A program made the position numbers and the translations under genes. The notes below the pieces were generated by a model. It was not told the DNA's origin. It did not search any database and was given only the letters and a program-made list of their open reading frames with translations. A stretch of 64,000 bases of DNA from the human T2T-CHM13v2.0 reference genome, Homo sapiens. Position 1 is the first letter of the stretch, and each line of letters begins with the position of its first letter. Below, in pieces: positions 46,495-64,000 of the stretch. Location: the NCBI RefSeq assembly GCF_009914755.1, contig NC_060937.1. One strand, written 5' to 3'.

Positions 46495-47400
46495 GTCTCA
46501 CTCATTTATTTATTCTGCAACCATTTATTGAGTGCCTTCTAGCAGCCGGTGTTCTTTCTAGGAGCTGGCACTCAGAGGTCAAGTTTACAATCTTGGTCCT
46601 CAGGTTGCTCACAGGACTTACAGGGAAGATGAACCAGCAAACAGATGTTACAGGTAACAGGTGCCACAGCTAACAGGTGCGATAGGGCTCTACTTGGGCT
46701 ATAGGAAGAGGTGAGGAACGGATCAGGAAGAAAAGATTTCCCAGTGGGGTGGAGGGGATTTTAACCAAAATTTCAAGGGTAAAGAGGAGGTATCCAGGCA
46801 ATGAAAGAGGAGAAGGGAATTTCTGGCAGAGGGAGGAGGGTCAGCATTCAGGGACATGGGAAGTGAGGCGGGTGGCTGCGGCTTAGTACAGAAGGAGGCT
46901 GTGGCTGGGCAGGTGGGCAGGGTTTGCATAAGAAGGATCTTGCATTTCATGGGAAGACTTTGGATCCAATTCTGAAGGCAGTGAGGAGCATGGAAGGATT
47001 CTCAGCAGGGGGAGATAGGGTCAAATTTGGAGTTTTGGAAAAGTCCTCCAGCTTCACTGAGAGGGGCAGGCTGTAGGCTGGGAGGGCAAACAGGAAGATG
47101 ATGTAGCAGTCTAGAAGAAAAGATCTCAGGGCCTGGAGGAAGAGGGGCTGGAGACCAGACAATGGGACAGAGATGGGTTGTTTTACGGAAAGAGATGCAA
47201 CAAGACATGGTCATTGGCTAGACTTGAAAGGTGGGGCCCGATAGGGGTGGAGGAAGATTGGCCCAAAGTTTTTTTTACCTGGATGGCTGAGGTTTTAGGG
47301 AGCAAAGAAGATGATTAAGTTATATTTGTCATGTGCTGAATTTATTAAACTTGGAAGTGCTAAAAAGTTCACTAGACCAGTGGATCTCAAACTTGGATGT
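46495..47400 (-). mobile_element. L2 LINE relic
   Basis: catttattgagtgcct terminus and purine-rich L2-like body. Confidence 0.65.
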
Positions 47401-47732
47401 GCTTCTTGATCTCACCTGAAAGATAGGAGTGGCTATACCTAATTTATAACATCTGAAATGTAATACAGATAAAATGAGGTGAAGAAGAATAAACTCGAAT
47501 AATTGCTTTGGGAGAAATGCTTCCATAAATGCTTGGGGTGGGAGGTGAGACTAGAAGAAGCAGGTAAGGAACTGTGGGGCGCAGGCTTTGCCAGGGGACG
47601 CCCGCCTGGAAAGGGGAGTGCGATGGTGTGGTGCTGTGGGCAGGGCCTGGAGGCCAGCCTCTCATTCTCCTGATCATCAGGGAGGATGCATGGATCCCTA
47701 GTGGTCTTGTTGGGTGGTGGGGAGAGGGGGGA

Positions 47733-48059
47733 CATGCGTGTGCATGTGCATGATTGTGTGTGTGCATGTGTGTGTACATAAGTGTGTGCACGTGTGTGTG
47801 CATGTGTGTATGCGTGTGGTTTTGTGTGCGTGTGTGCATGAGTGCATAAGTGTGCATAAATGTGTGCACGAATGTGTATGCGTGTGTGCATGAAGGTGTG
47901 CATGTGTGTGTGCAGGAATATGTGTATGCATGGGCGTGTGTGCATAAGTGTGTGTGCATGAGTGTGTGCGCATGAGTGTGTTTATGCATGTGCATGTGTG
48001 TATATGCATGTGTGCATGTGTGTGTGCATGAGTGTATGTATGTGTGCATGTGTGTGTGT
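47733..48059. repeat. Degenerate (TG)n/(TGCATG)n simple repeat, ~325 bp
   Basis: Nearly continuous purine-pyrimidine alternation. Confidence 0.95.
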
Positions 48060-48915
48060 TTGAGGCAAAGCTGAGTTCTGCATCCAGGCAGTGCACAGCC
48101 AAACACGGATCCAGCAACAGGGACAAAGGGCCCGGTGACATCTGAGTTCCATAAAGAACATCTCAACAAAGCAAAACATCCTCAATGATGAAGGATAGCT
48201 CCATGTCACAGTTACACAGGAACCAAATTCTCTGAAAAGGAAGAGTCCCCGAGTGGCTTTAAAACCCAAACCCAAGGATATGATGGATCCAAAGACAAGT
48301 TTGAAAAAAAAAAAGGCAGACTAAAATCACCCTGAGGAAATGTAAGAAATAGTTGTTTTTACAATGGAATTTTTCTTTGTATATATTTAGGCAGGACCAG
48401 CGCAGGTTCTTACATGCATATATCGCATCGTGGAGAAGTCTGGGCTTTTAGTGTCCCCATCGCCCGAACAGTGAACACTGCACACAATGGGCAGTTTTTG
48501 AACCCTCACCTCCCTCCCACCTTCTGGAGTCTCCAATGTCTCTTATTTTACTCTGTGTGTCCATGTGTACCCCATTGTTTAGCTCCCACTTGTAAGTGCG
48601 GTATTTGACTTTCCTAAGCAGGAGGTTTAATCATGATCTCGGACACAACAGACTTTACACAAAAGCGTGGGGAGCTATCAACAATGACACATCAGAATGA
48701 TCAAAGGCACAGCAAGTAATGAAAACACAGCATTATGTGCCACACATTTGGTAGCAAAAAAAAAAAATTGATGAAAAGACGACAGATATCTGAGAAGAAA
48801 TAGAATGAAACTCTACTTGGATTCCTTAGTACCCTGCTTTCAGAATATAGCAAATCAAATAAAAGAATGGTCAAAAATTACAGAGCTGAACACCACCATT
48901 AATAAGGTAGAATTA

Positions 48916-50065
<1,150 letters not shown>

Positions 50066-51661
50066 TCATGTAACAGGCATTCTTTTCTGTGTTTACAAAT
50101 ATTAACTCATTTAATCTTCACTATAACCTCACAAAGTAGGTATTATTTTTATTAGCCTTATTTTAGAGGTGAGAGAACGGAAGCAGACAGAAGTTAACTG
50201 TCCAGAGGCCTCCCTGGGAAAGTGACAGTCACTGCATGGTGAACAGGTAGGTGTAGCCGCCCAGTTCACAGTGCTCCACTCCGTGACCCCAGTGACCCTC
50301 AGAGGCAGGCCATGTCTGTGTTGTAAAACTCTCTTCCCACCGGACCCAGAAGTGGACATCTGACCCAAGCTGGGCCAATCAGATTTCATCTCCAGGAGTT
50401 TAACCCTGGCCCAGAGAACCCCTGAGGCTTGAGAAGTCTCCAGCTGAGCCCCATGAAAGCCACGGGCTCTAGTGGACTCAGGCCTCGGGCTGCCAGACAC
50501 CTGCGTCCTGAGAGCCATTGTTGGGCTCTTCCTTTACTGTTAGGAGCCGCCCAGGGATCCTTCCAGTACTTTCTAGTTTTGCCTAGTTACCCAGTGACCC
50601 CAAAAGCCTTAATAGTCACACTAAATTTAAAAACACTTCCCCAATAGCAATGAAATCACAGAGAATATTCACAAACATTAATAACATACCATTTAAGAAG
50701 CAAACTCCACCCATCAAAATTCGTGAGTGCAAGGTTTTATCTAGAAGAAAATAGGTTTCTCTAGATACATATGCTGGTAAGAAGGCAAAGAGAGGATATA
50801 AACTAGATCTCATTACAGGATTTAGAAAAGGAACAAAGTAAGTTGTTCAACAGAATAGCATTGAACAAAATAGAAACTAACAAAAAATAGAAAATGTAAA
50901 CAAACCAATGATTAGTTATTCAAAAGATCAAGCAAAATCATATATCATTGAATCAACTTTTTAAAAAGACAGGAAAAAAATTAAGAAAGTAAGAAGGTGA
51001 TTAATTCCCCAAGAGAGGAAGTTGGCAGTAAACCTAAGCCCACAACTGTGTAATACGAATGTGTGGATTAGCTGCGCTTATATGCTTAAATTACACATTT
51101 ATTAAATCTGTGTATCCTTAAGCCGTACTGTATCTTTGCTTCTTACCAGCTAATTCCTTTGTTTTTTGTGGGTTTTTTTTTTTTAAAGTGCCTGGCTAAA
51201 GAAATCTGCCAGGAATGATAAATCAGAGTTCTTGAATCTCAGAGGATGGAAACAGCTCAGCTTGGGTGACAAAGCGACACAGCTGTGCTCACTGGCCAAG
51301 GGCCTGGGGTGAGTGGCCTTTACCGCCACCCAGGCCACTGTCTATGGCATCAAGCTGCTGTAATGTGGAGTCCCGCCCTGTGATGCTGGTGCTATTGGGT
51401 TGTCTGCTAAAGGCAGAAATCCCCATACTTCCATGTTGCCCTGTCTCAGGGGAAGCCCAAGGCACCTCTCTCACTTCTGGCTCTCCCAAGCCTCAGAACC
51501 CCTTTCTCACTCTGGCTTACTGCCATCTTTTGAGAGCCTTTGGCTTTCCCACATGATGGGATGGGCGTTCTCCCCTGGACACCTGGGATTTCTGCTCTTG
51601 GCTCAGGGTCCCCAAAGCCTTTCATGAACCCCTGAAGCAATGAAAGGTAAAATCTTGCTTC

Positions 51662-52448
51662 TGAGGACTAAGCTCGAATTTTTTTATCTTGCCCAAATTT
51701 CTATCTAAGGGGTCTGGGCGAATCATGCCCTACAAACCATAAATTCTCATCAGATGGGTTTTATTTGACCCTTTATGTCGTGACCTACTTTCCAATCTGA
51801 CTCTGGAATAACATTATGAGACAAGGAAAAAAAATCAAAATATTTCATCCCAAAACATGTTTCTCTGCCACATCTTGAAATGGCCCTGCAAAGCTGTCCT
51901 TTGTGGGGGGAAAATCTGCATCTGTAAAGAATCTCTATTAACATAGCTAGATCTTTTTCTTCCAGGCCCTCCCAATCCTGAAGAAATGAACTAAAAGTCT
52001 AGCACTTTTTAAAGATCTGAATAGGAAACACTTGTCATCTCTTGTCTCTAAGGGCAGCCACTATAAAACTTCAAAAGAACCTTGGTCTCCACAATCTTTT
52101 ATCTTACCCTGAACATTTCCTTTCTATAGATCCCAAGACTTTAGACAAACTCAACCAATTGTCAGCCAGAAAATGTTTAAATTTACCTACAGCCTGAAAG
52201 CCTCCCTCCACCAACACCCCCGCTTTGAGTTGTCCCACCTTTCTGAACCAAACCAATGTATTTCTTAAATATATTTGATTGATGTCTCATGCCTCCCTAA
52301 AATATATAAAACCAACCTGTATCCCGACCACCTTGGGCACATGTTCTCAGGGTCTCCTGAGGGCTGTGTCATGTGCCATGGTCACTCGTATTTGGCTCAG
52401 AATAAATCTCTTAAAATATTTTACAGAGTTTGACTCTTTTCATCGATA
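51662..52448 (+). mobile_element. MER4-group (MER4E-like) ERV1 solo LTR
   Basis: Starts TGAGGACTAAGCTC, AATAAA near 52401, 4-bp duplication CTTC on both sides. Confidence 0.8.
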
Positions 52449-52710
52449 CTTCCTTGGAACAGAAAGAAGGAAAAACACAGCAGCAAGAGATCAACGCAAA
52501 TTAAAATTGCTGTAAATTATCCTGGTGTGGTCCTAAAGGGTTGCTGATAGGATCCCTAAGCTCCGTGAGAACTACCCCGTTGACGTGAGGCTGTCAGGAG
52601 TGATTCCTTGGGCTTAAACCGAGAACGCACGTTCTGGAAAGGAGCCGGGAGAGCTGGCCAGAGAGGTGTTGGAACCCTTGACAGCATGGTTGCCATTCTT
52701 GCATGTTCTC

Positions 52711-53180
52711 TGTTTCATGCGCATCCATGTGAAGGGACCACCAAACAGGCTTTGTGTGAGCAATAAAAGCTTTTAATCACCTGGGTGCAGGTGGGCTGAG
52801 TCCGAAAAGAGAGTCAGCAAAGGGTGGTGGATTATCATTAGTTCTTACAGGTTTTGGGATAGGCGGTGAAGTTAAGACCAATGTTTTGCAGGCAGGGGTG
52901 GATCTCACAAAATACATTCTCAAGGGTGGGGAGAATTACAAAGAACCTTCTTAAGGGTGGGGGAGATTGATTACCAAGTACCTTCTTAAGGGTGGGGGAG
53001 ATTACAAAGTACATTGATCAGTTAGGGTGGGGCAGAAACAAATCACAATGGTGGAATGTCATCAGTTAAGGCTATTTTTACTTCTTTTGTGTCTTCAGTT
53101 ACTTCAGGCCATCTGGATGTGTACATGCAAGTCACAGGGGATGCGATGGCTTGGCTTGGCTTGGGCTCAGAGGCCTGACA
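52711..53180 (-). mobile_element. HERV-H solo LTR (LTR7 family, LTR7B/7Y-like repeats)
   Basis: Minus strand TGTCAGGCCTCTGAGCCCAAGC...GCGCATGAAACA; 5-bp flanks ttctc/ttcta. Confidence 0.92.
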
Positions 53181-53276
53181 TTCTATAAGAAGAAAAATAC
53201 AGTTTTTAAGAGGCCAGTAAATATACCAGCCTAAAGACAAATATATTTTTTCTATTTTTTAAATAAAATAAGTATA

Positions 53277-53617
<341 letters not shown>

Positions 53618-54089
53618 CTATAATAATCTCAAAAAAAGAAAAAGAAAAAAGAAAAAAGTATATTTTAAAGAATAAGTCAAGGTAACAGCTAACTATAATA
53701 ATAGCTAAAAATCCGCTGCTTTATGAATTTTCTCTGAGAAAACTGTTGTTTTGTTAGGAATATATTATTGCAAATAGAAAATCATTACTAACGTACGGTT
53801 ATTCATAACTCTTATTTTTGAAGATATGACCAGCATTTTAGATATTTATTATGATACAACCATTGTGATTTATCAGATTAATAATACTAGACATTCAGAT
53901 TGCTAGCATTTCGTTAAGGACTTTTGTTTACATTCATAAGGATATTAACCCCTTTTTTTCCTCGTAAAGTCCATCTGGTTGTGGTATCAGGGTAATACTG
54001 GCCTTATCTAATCTTACTAAGATCTTCTTGAGAATGTTGAGGGTTTTTTCCTTTTTCGTTTTTTCTTTCTCTCCTCTCTTTCTTTCTCA

Positions 54090-54480
54090 TGAAAAGGCAA
54101 AATTACAACAAATTTAGTTTTAGATCTTACTGGCTTCTATTTGCAATTCATGAATCCAGACAGCCTCCAATCTACAAAATAGACCGGGAGCTCCCACCAG
54201 GAAATGGCAGGTTTTTAAGTGTGGAACAAGGAAACAGAACAATAGAGGGAAAAAACGGATCAGTTAACATCAGGTTACTTTTCGGAAGGGTTACAGCAGA
54301 AGGAACTTCCTTATTACTCAGGTAGACTGAAATCTCTTGTTTTCAGGAAAAACTGATCTGTTCTGGGATCTGTCTACCTTCTTAGAGCTTCAGTTTGATT
54401 ACGTGGCATTTAGCCTAAGTGACTCCATTTGCTTTGGTCTGGTGGATTGAGGCTTCATGCAGGAGCTCAGTCCAAGAAAA
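54090..54480 (-). mobile_element. Probable ERV1 LTR relic
   Basis: gtgactccattt motif and LTR-like composition; family not resolved. Confidence 0.45.
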
Positions 54481-54492
54481 TAAGACTATAAT

Positions 54493-54760
54493 CTCCCCTC
54501 CCCTCCCCTCCCTTTCCCTCCCCTCCGCCCCTCCCCTTCCCTGCCCTCCCCTCCCATCCCCTCCCTTTCCCTCCCCTCCCCTCCCATCCCCTCCCTTTCC
54601 CTCCCCTCCCTTTCCCTCCCCTCCCTTTCCCTCCCCTTCCCTTCCCTCCCCTCCCCTTCCCTCCCCTCCCTCTCTCCCTAGTCTATAATCTCCCCTTCCC
54701 TCCCCTCCCCTCTCCTCCCCTCCCCTCCCCTCTCCTCCCCTCCCCTCTCCTCCCTCTCTC
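54493..54760. repeat. (CCCCT)n/(CCCTT)n polypyrimidine tract
   Basis: About 270 bp almost entirely C/T. Confidence 0.96.
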
Positions 54761-54765
54761 TTATC

Positions 54766-55066
<301 letters not shown>

Positions 55067-55532
55067 CCTCTCTCTTATCTTATCAGGCAATCAACACAAC
55101 CCAGTTAGGCTCACCTGGAAGTTCTGTCTGGCTTTCTGTGGATAGTGATTCCTGTCTCCTTTCAGTTTTCAAAGGCTGCAGTGTTGTTTGGGGTCTGTCG
55201 CATGCCTAGGTAGCTCCGAGGGGAGCTCAGACCTGTGTGGTTTCATATTCGGGATAAGGGAACCCCTTTTACCCGCTTTCTTCTATGATTGTCTCCACCT
55301 TCTTCAGCTGACAGGATCCCTCATCCCCCTGCTCCCAACTCCGGTGCCCAGAAACATGGGATTTTTCTGAGTGTTGACTTCTCGTTCTGCCCCTAACAGA
55401 GCTCTGCCACAGATGTTTGCCCCTGGCGCAAAGCCATGAGAGAAAGGAAAAAAACAAAATGGAGATTCCAGCCCCCTTTCCTCTCCCACACACATACACA
55501 CACTCTTCAGACAGCACGGGCCACTTTTCTAG

Positions 55533-56345
<813 letters not shown>

Positions 56346-56388
56346 ACCTGCTTTTCTTTACTTTGCAAAGTCCTTGGAAGGTTGCATT

Positions 56389-56958
56389 TGTTGATGAAAA
56401 GGGTCAAACTCTGTAAAATATTTGAAGAGATTTCTTCTGAGCCAAATTTGAGTGACCAGTGGCCAGTGATACAGCCCTCAGGAGATCCTGAGAACACGTC
56501 CCCAAGGTGTTTGGGATGCAGCTTGGCTTTATAACATTTTAGGGAGACATAAGGCATCAATCAATACTTTTAAGATATACATTGGTTCAGTTAGGACAGT
56601 CAGGGCCACTAGAAGGGAGGTGGGGCTTCCAGGTCATAGGCAGATTAAAGATTTTCTAATTGGCAATTGGCTGAAGGAGTTATCAATAAAAAGGATTGTT
56701 TGGCTTAGGATATGGGGTTGTGGAGACCAAGGTTTTATCATGCAGGCGAAGCCTCCAGGTGGCAGGCTTCAGAGAGAATAGATTGTAAATATTTCTTATC
56801 AGACTTAGAGTCTGTTCTGTCAGTATTTTCAAAAGGGAGGAGGGTATCACAAGGCATGTCCAGCTCCCCCTTCCCATCATGGGCTGAACTAGTTTTTCAG
56901 GTTAACTTCATCTGTTCAAATGGTTGGGGGGGTCTTAGAATTTTATTTTTGGTTTACA
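56389..56958 (-). mobile_element. MER4-group ERV1 solo LTR
   Basis: Minus strand TGTAAACCAAAAATAAAATTCTAAG...CATCAACA; 3' end homologous to the LTR at 51662. Confidence 0.8.
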
Positions 56959-57127
56959 GCTTTTGTACTCTGTCCAGACTTTTTGCTATTGTCGGTGGCA
57001 GAGATAGGTCGTATAGGCTCACTCCATCTTGGCTGGGACCAGAAGCCCGGCCACAGGCTGTGATCTGCTGGCAACTCTATTGCATTTGGCCGATATGCCG
57101 GCAATGTTGAGGACCTGGTGGCACTGA

Positions 57128-57482
<355 letters not shown>

Positions 57483-57662
57483 CCACAAATGCTCTTTTAC
57501 CTGCAAGTCAAGGAAGGAAGTTCTTTGTATTGAAACATGTCACAGAAAAGCTCTGTCAGACAAACTTCTAATATTCAAACTTCTAAGTCATGTTTGAGGG
57601 TGTTTCACCTTGTAGTTGAACAGTTGCCTTTCCTACAAAGCTCCCAGGCTCATAAACCACAC

Positions 57663-57871
57663 TGATATGGCTTGGCTGTGTCTCCACCCAAATCTCATCT
57701 TGAATGGTAGTTCCCATAATTCCCATAATTCCCACACATTGTGAGAGGGACCCGGTGGGAGGAAATTGAATCCAGCCACGTGGAACTATGAGTGCATTAA
57801 ACCTCTTTTTCTTTATAAATTACCCAATCTCGAGTATGTCTTTATCAGCAGTGTGAAAACAGACTAATACA
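57663..57871 (+). mobile_element. THE1 MaLR solo LTR, internally deleted
   Basis: TGATATGG...GACTAATACA termini with 5-bp duplication CACAC. Confidence 0.88.
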
Positions 57872-58408
57872 CACACCCTCCTTTCTAAGGGACATAGCCC
57901 AAGTTTAGCAGGAACCCACCACTTGTGAGGGAGGCTGTGTTTGGCTGTTGCCATTAGTCACCTGTACAAGAAAACTCCTAGGCCCTCTTTCCTTCTGGCA
58001 GAGCCTCCTTCACTACCTTCCCGTTGTGGAAGTGAAAATACTTGTTACTTACCTGCATCCTCATAATAAACTCTATTCTTCTTGAAGTCACTTGAGTGAA
58101 TCTGTTTCTTCCAATGAAGAGAAGCCAACTAAAACAGGAGCTCTGCACAATATAAGATGAGAAGAAACAGAAATAAGAGGCATTAATATTGAGAAGGAGA
58201 AACCGAATTAATGTCATTTACAGGAAATAATAGCTAACATTCGGAGCTTTCCCTATATGCCCAGCACACCATTCACACTTGCGTGTGTTATATCACTTAA
58301 TCCTACAGTGCCTCACTGTGCTGTGTTGTGTTTTTGGGTAGTCACTCTGCTTCCTGGGATCATAATTCCATACCTAGAGAGGCTATTCTCCCAATTAGAG
58401 TCCACTAA

Positions 58409-59393
<985 letters not shown>

Positions 59394-59904
59394 AGATCTG
59401 AATAGTATTTCACTGTCTGTGCATATCAGCACAGTATTTATTTTATTTTATTTTTACCAGGTCACTCTTGGTGGACATATAGATCGTGTTTTAGGTTTTA
59501 TTGCTATCAATAATACTGCAATAAATATACTTTTAAAAATAGATCTTTGTAACACAAGCTGATTATGTGCATTTCAGAGTTCATAGGAAATGGCAAATCA
59601 TTACAAATTTGTAACTGTTTCTATTTCACAGTTCACAATGAGCTTCCTGAAACAGACTGGACTCCCCTCAGACTGAGAACCTCGGAAAGCTCTTCACAGG
59701 GAAGAGAACAGAGTCCACACTCCGCTACCTGCAGGGTGTTTGCCGTGCCCACTCCACACGGACTTGCCAGCACCTGCCCTCCCACCATGCACCCTGTTCT
59801 TCAGGAACGCGGGGCATCCTGCAGTTCCTTGATGACGTCAGAATATTTAGGATTCCATAGCTATGCACAGGTTTTACTCTCTGCCTTGAATTGCTTTCTC
59901 ATTC

Positions 59905-60256
59905 TGATATGGTTTGGCTGTGTCCCCACAGAAATCTCATCTTGAATTGTAGCTCCGGTAATTCCCAGGTGTTGTGGAAGGGAATCAGTGGCAGATAATT
60001 GAATCATGGGGGCGGTTCCCCCATACTGTTCTCGTGGTAGTGAATAAGTCTCGCGAGACCATCTTCTTTTATAAAGAGAAACCCCTTCTGCTTGATTCTG
60101 AGTCTCTCTTGCCATCACCTCGTGAGGTGTGTCTTCGCTTTCTGTCATGATTATGAGGCTTCCCCAGCCACGTGGAACTGTGAGTCCACTAAACCTCTTT
60201 TTCTTTATAAATTACCCAGTCTCAGATATGTTTTTATCAGCAGTGTGAAAACGGAC
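59905..60256 (+). mobile_element. THE1 MaLR solo LTR
   Basis: TGATATGGTTTGGCTGTGTCCCCAC start; terminal TAATACA is missing. Confidence 0.88.
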
Positions 60257-60296
60257 CTCCTTCTCACTCTTCAAGGGCCTTAATTCTTGTGAAGCC

Positions 60297-63213
<2,917 letters not shown>

Positions 63214-63549
63214 TCTTTGTGATTCCATTGTACCATGAGGAATTACAATTAGGAAAACCATGCAATTCTGACCTAAAGTCCAGATGCAAATTCAAGGAGC
63301 TGTTCCAGGAGGGAGGGTAACATTGCTCCCTTCATATCATTCCTTTCCACCATTGCTGGACTAGGATGAGCTACGGAGGTGTTAATGCTCTTAGTGGGCG
63401 TGCCAACTCTCAACTTACAGCCCCTGAGCTCCAAATCCACTTTTCATTGCCCTGTTTGTGATACTGGAACATTTCTCCCTGGCCAGCTGGCATGAGCTTA
63501 AGCCTTGTCAGTCCAGAGGGTTGGAGGAACACTGCAGAAGGAAGGCACT

Positions 63550-63897
63550 TGCTATGGTCTGAGTGTACTCCCCAGATTCATATGTTGGAACCTAATTCCC
63601 AATGTGATAGAATTAAGAGGTGAGGCCTTTGGGGAGTGATGAAGCCATGAGGGCTCCACCCTCATGGATGGGATTGGTGCCCTTATGAAAGAGGCTCAGG
63701 TAAACCTTCTGTTACGTGAGGATGCAATGGAAAGGCACCATCTTTGAAGCCAAGAGCCAACCCTCACAAGATGTTGAACCTGTTGGTGGTTTGATCTTGG
63801 ACTTCACAGCCTCCAGCATATAGGCAGTAAATTCCTATTGTTTATAAATGACACAGTCTAGCATATTTTGTTATTGCAGACTGAATGGACTAAACCA
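63550..63897 (+). mobile_element. MLT1A-like MaLR LTR
   Basis: tgctatggtctga...ttcatatgttggaacctaat...ggactaaacca. Confidence 0.78.
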
Positions 63898-64000
63898 TGG
63901 ATCTTTTGTTTGTTCTAGACACCCAGTGGTGCTCACCCTAGTGAGTTTCAGAGCCACCACCCCTCCAGTGGATTCCCGGTGATTTCCACATTTCAGCATC

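Noticed and set aside
47439-48275. His/Thr-rich ORFs up to 241 aa on the minus strand
   Set aside because: Artefact of the stop-poor (CA)n-type repeat
59895-60270. ttctcattct / ttctcactct similarity flanking the THE1 LTR
   Set aside because: Low complexity, and longer than the 5-bp duplication expected for MaLR; probably chance

Overview
Human genomic DNA (human-specific AluYb8 and AluYa5 copies are present). Bases 707-12664 carry the last 11 coding exons of IPO5 (importin-5/karyopherin beta-3) on the + strand. Spliced by hand, they give one open frame from [13 protein letters not shown] to QELLNSA-stop, followed by a 3' UTR with several poly(A) signals out to about 15.1 kb. One intron (3180-4876) is a minor-spliceosome AT-AC intron. 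Inside it lies a tandem pair of U12-type 5' splice-site motifs resembling a U11-binding splicing enhancer, which is the most interesting lead here. The remaining ~49 kb looks intergenic and is dominated by Alus, old L1/L2/MIR, DNA-transposon relics and solo LTRs (HERV-H LTR7, MER4-group, THE1, MLT1). No other protein-coding gene is supported. Exon boundaries are exact; repeat boundaries are approximate and subfamily names come from recalled consensus sequences, not from a search.
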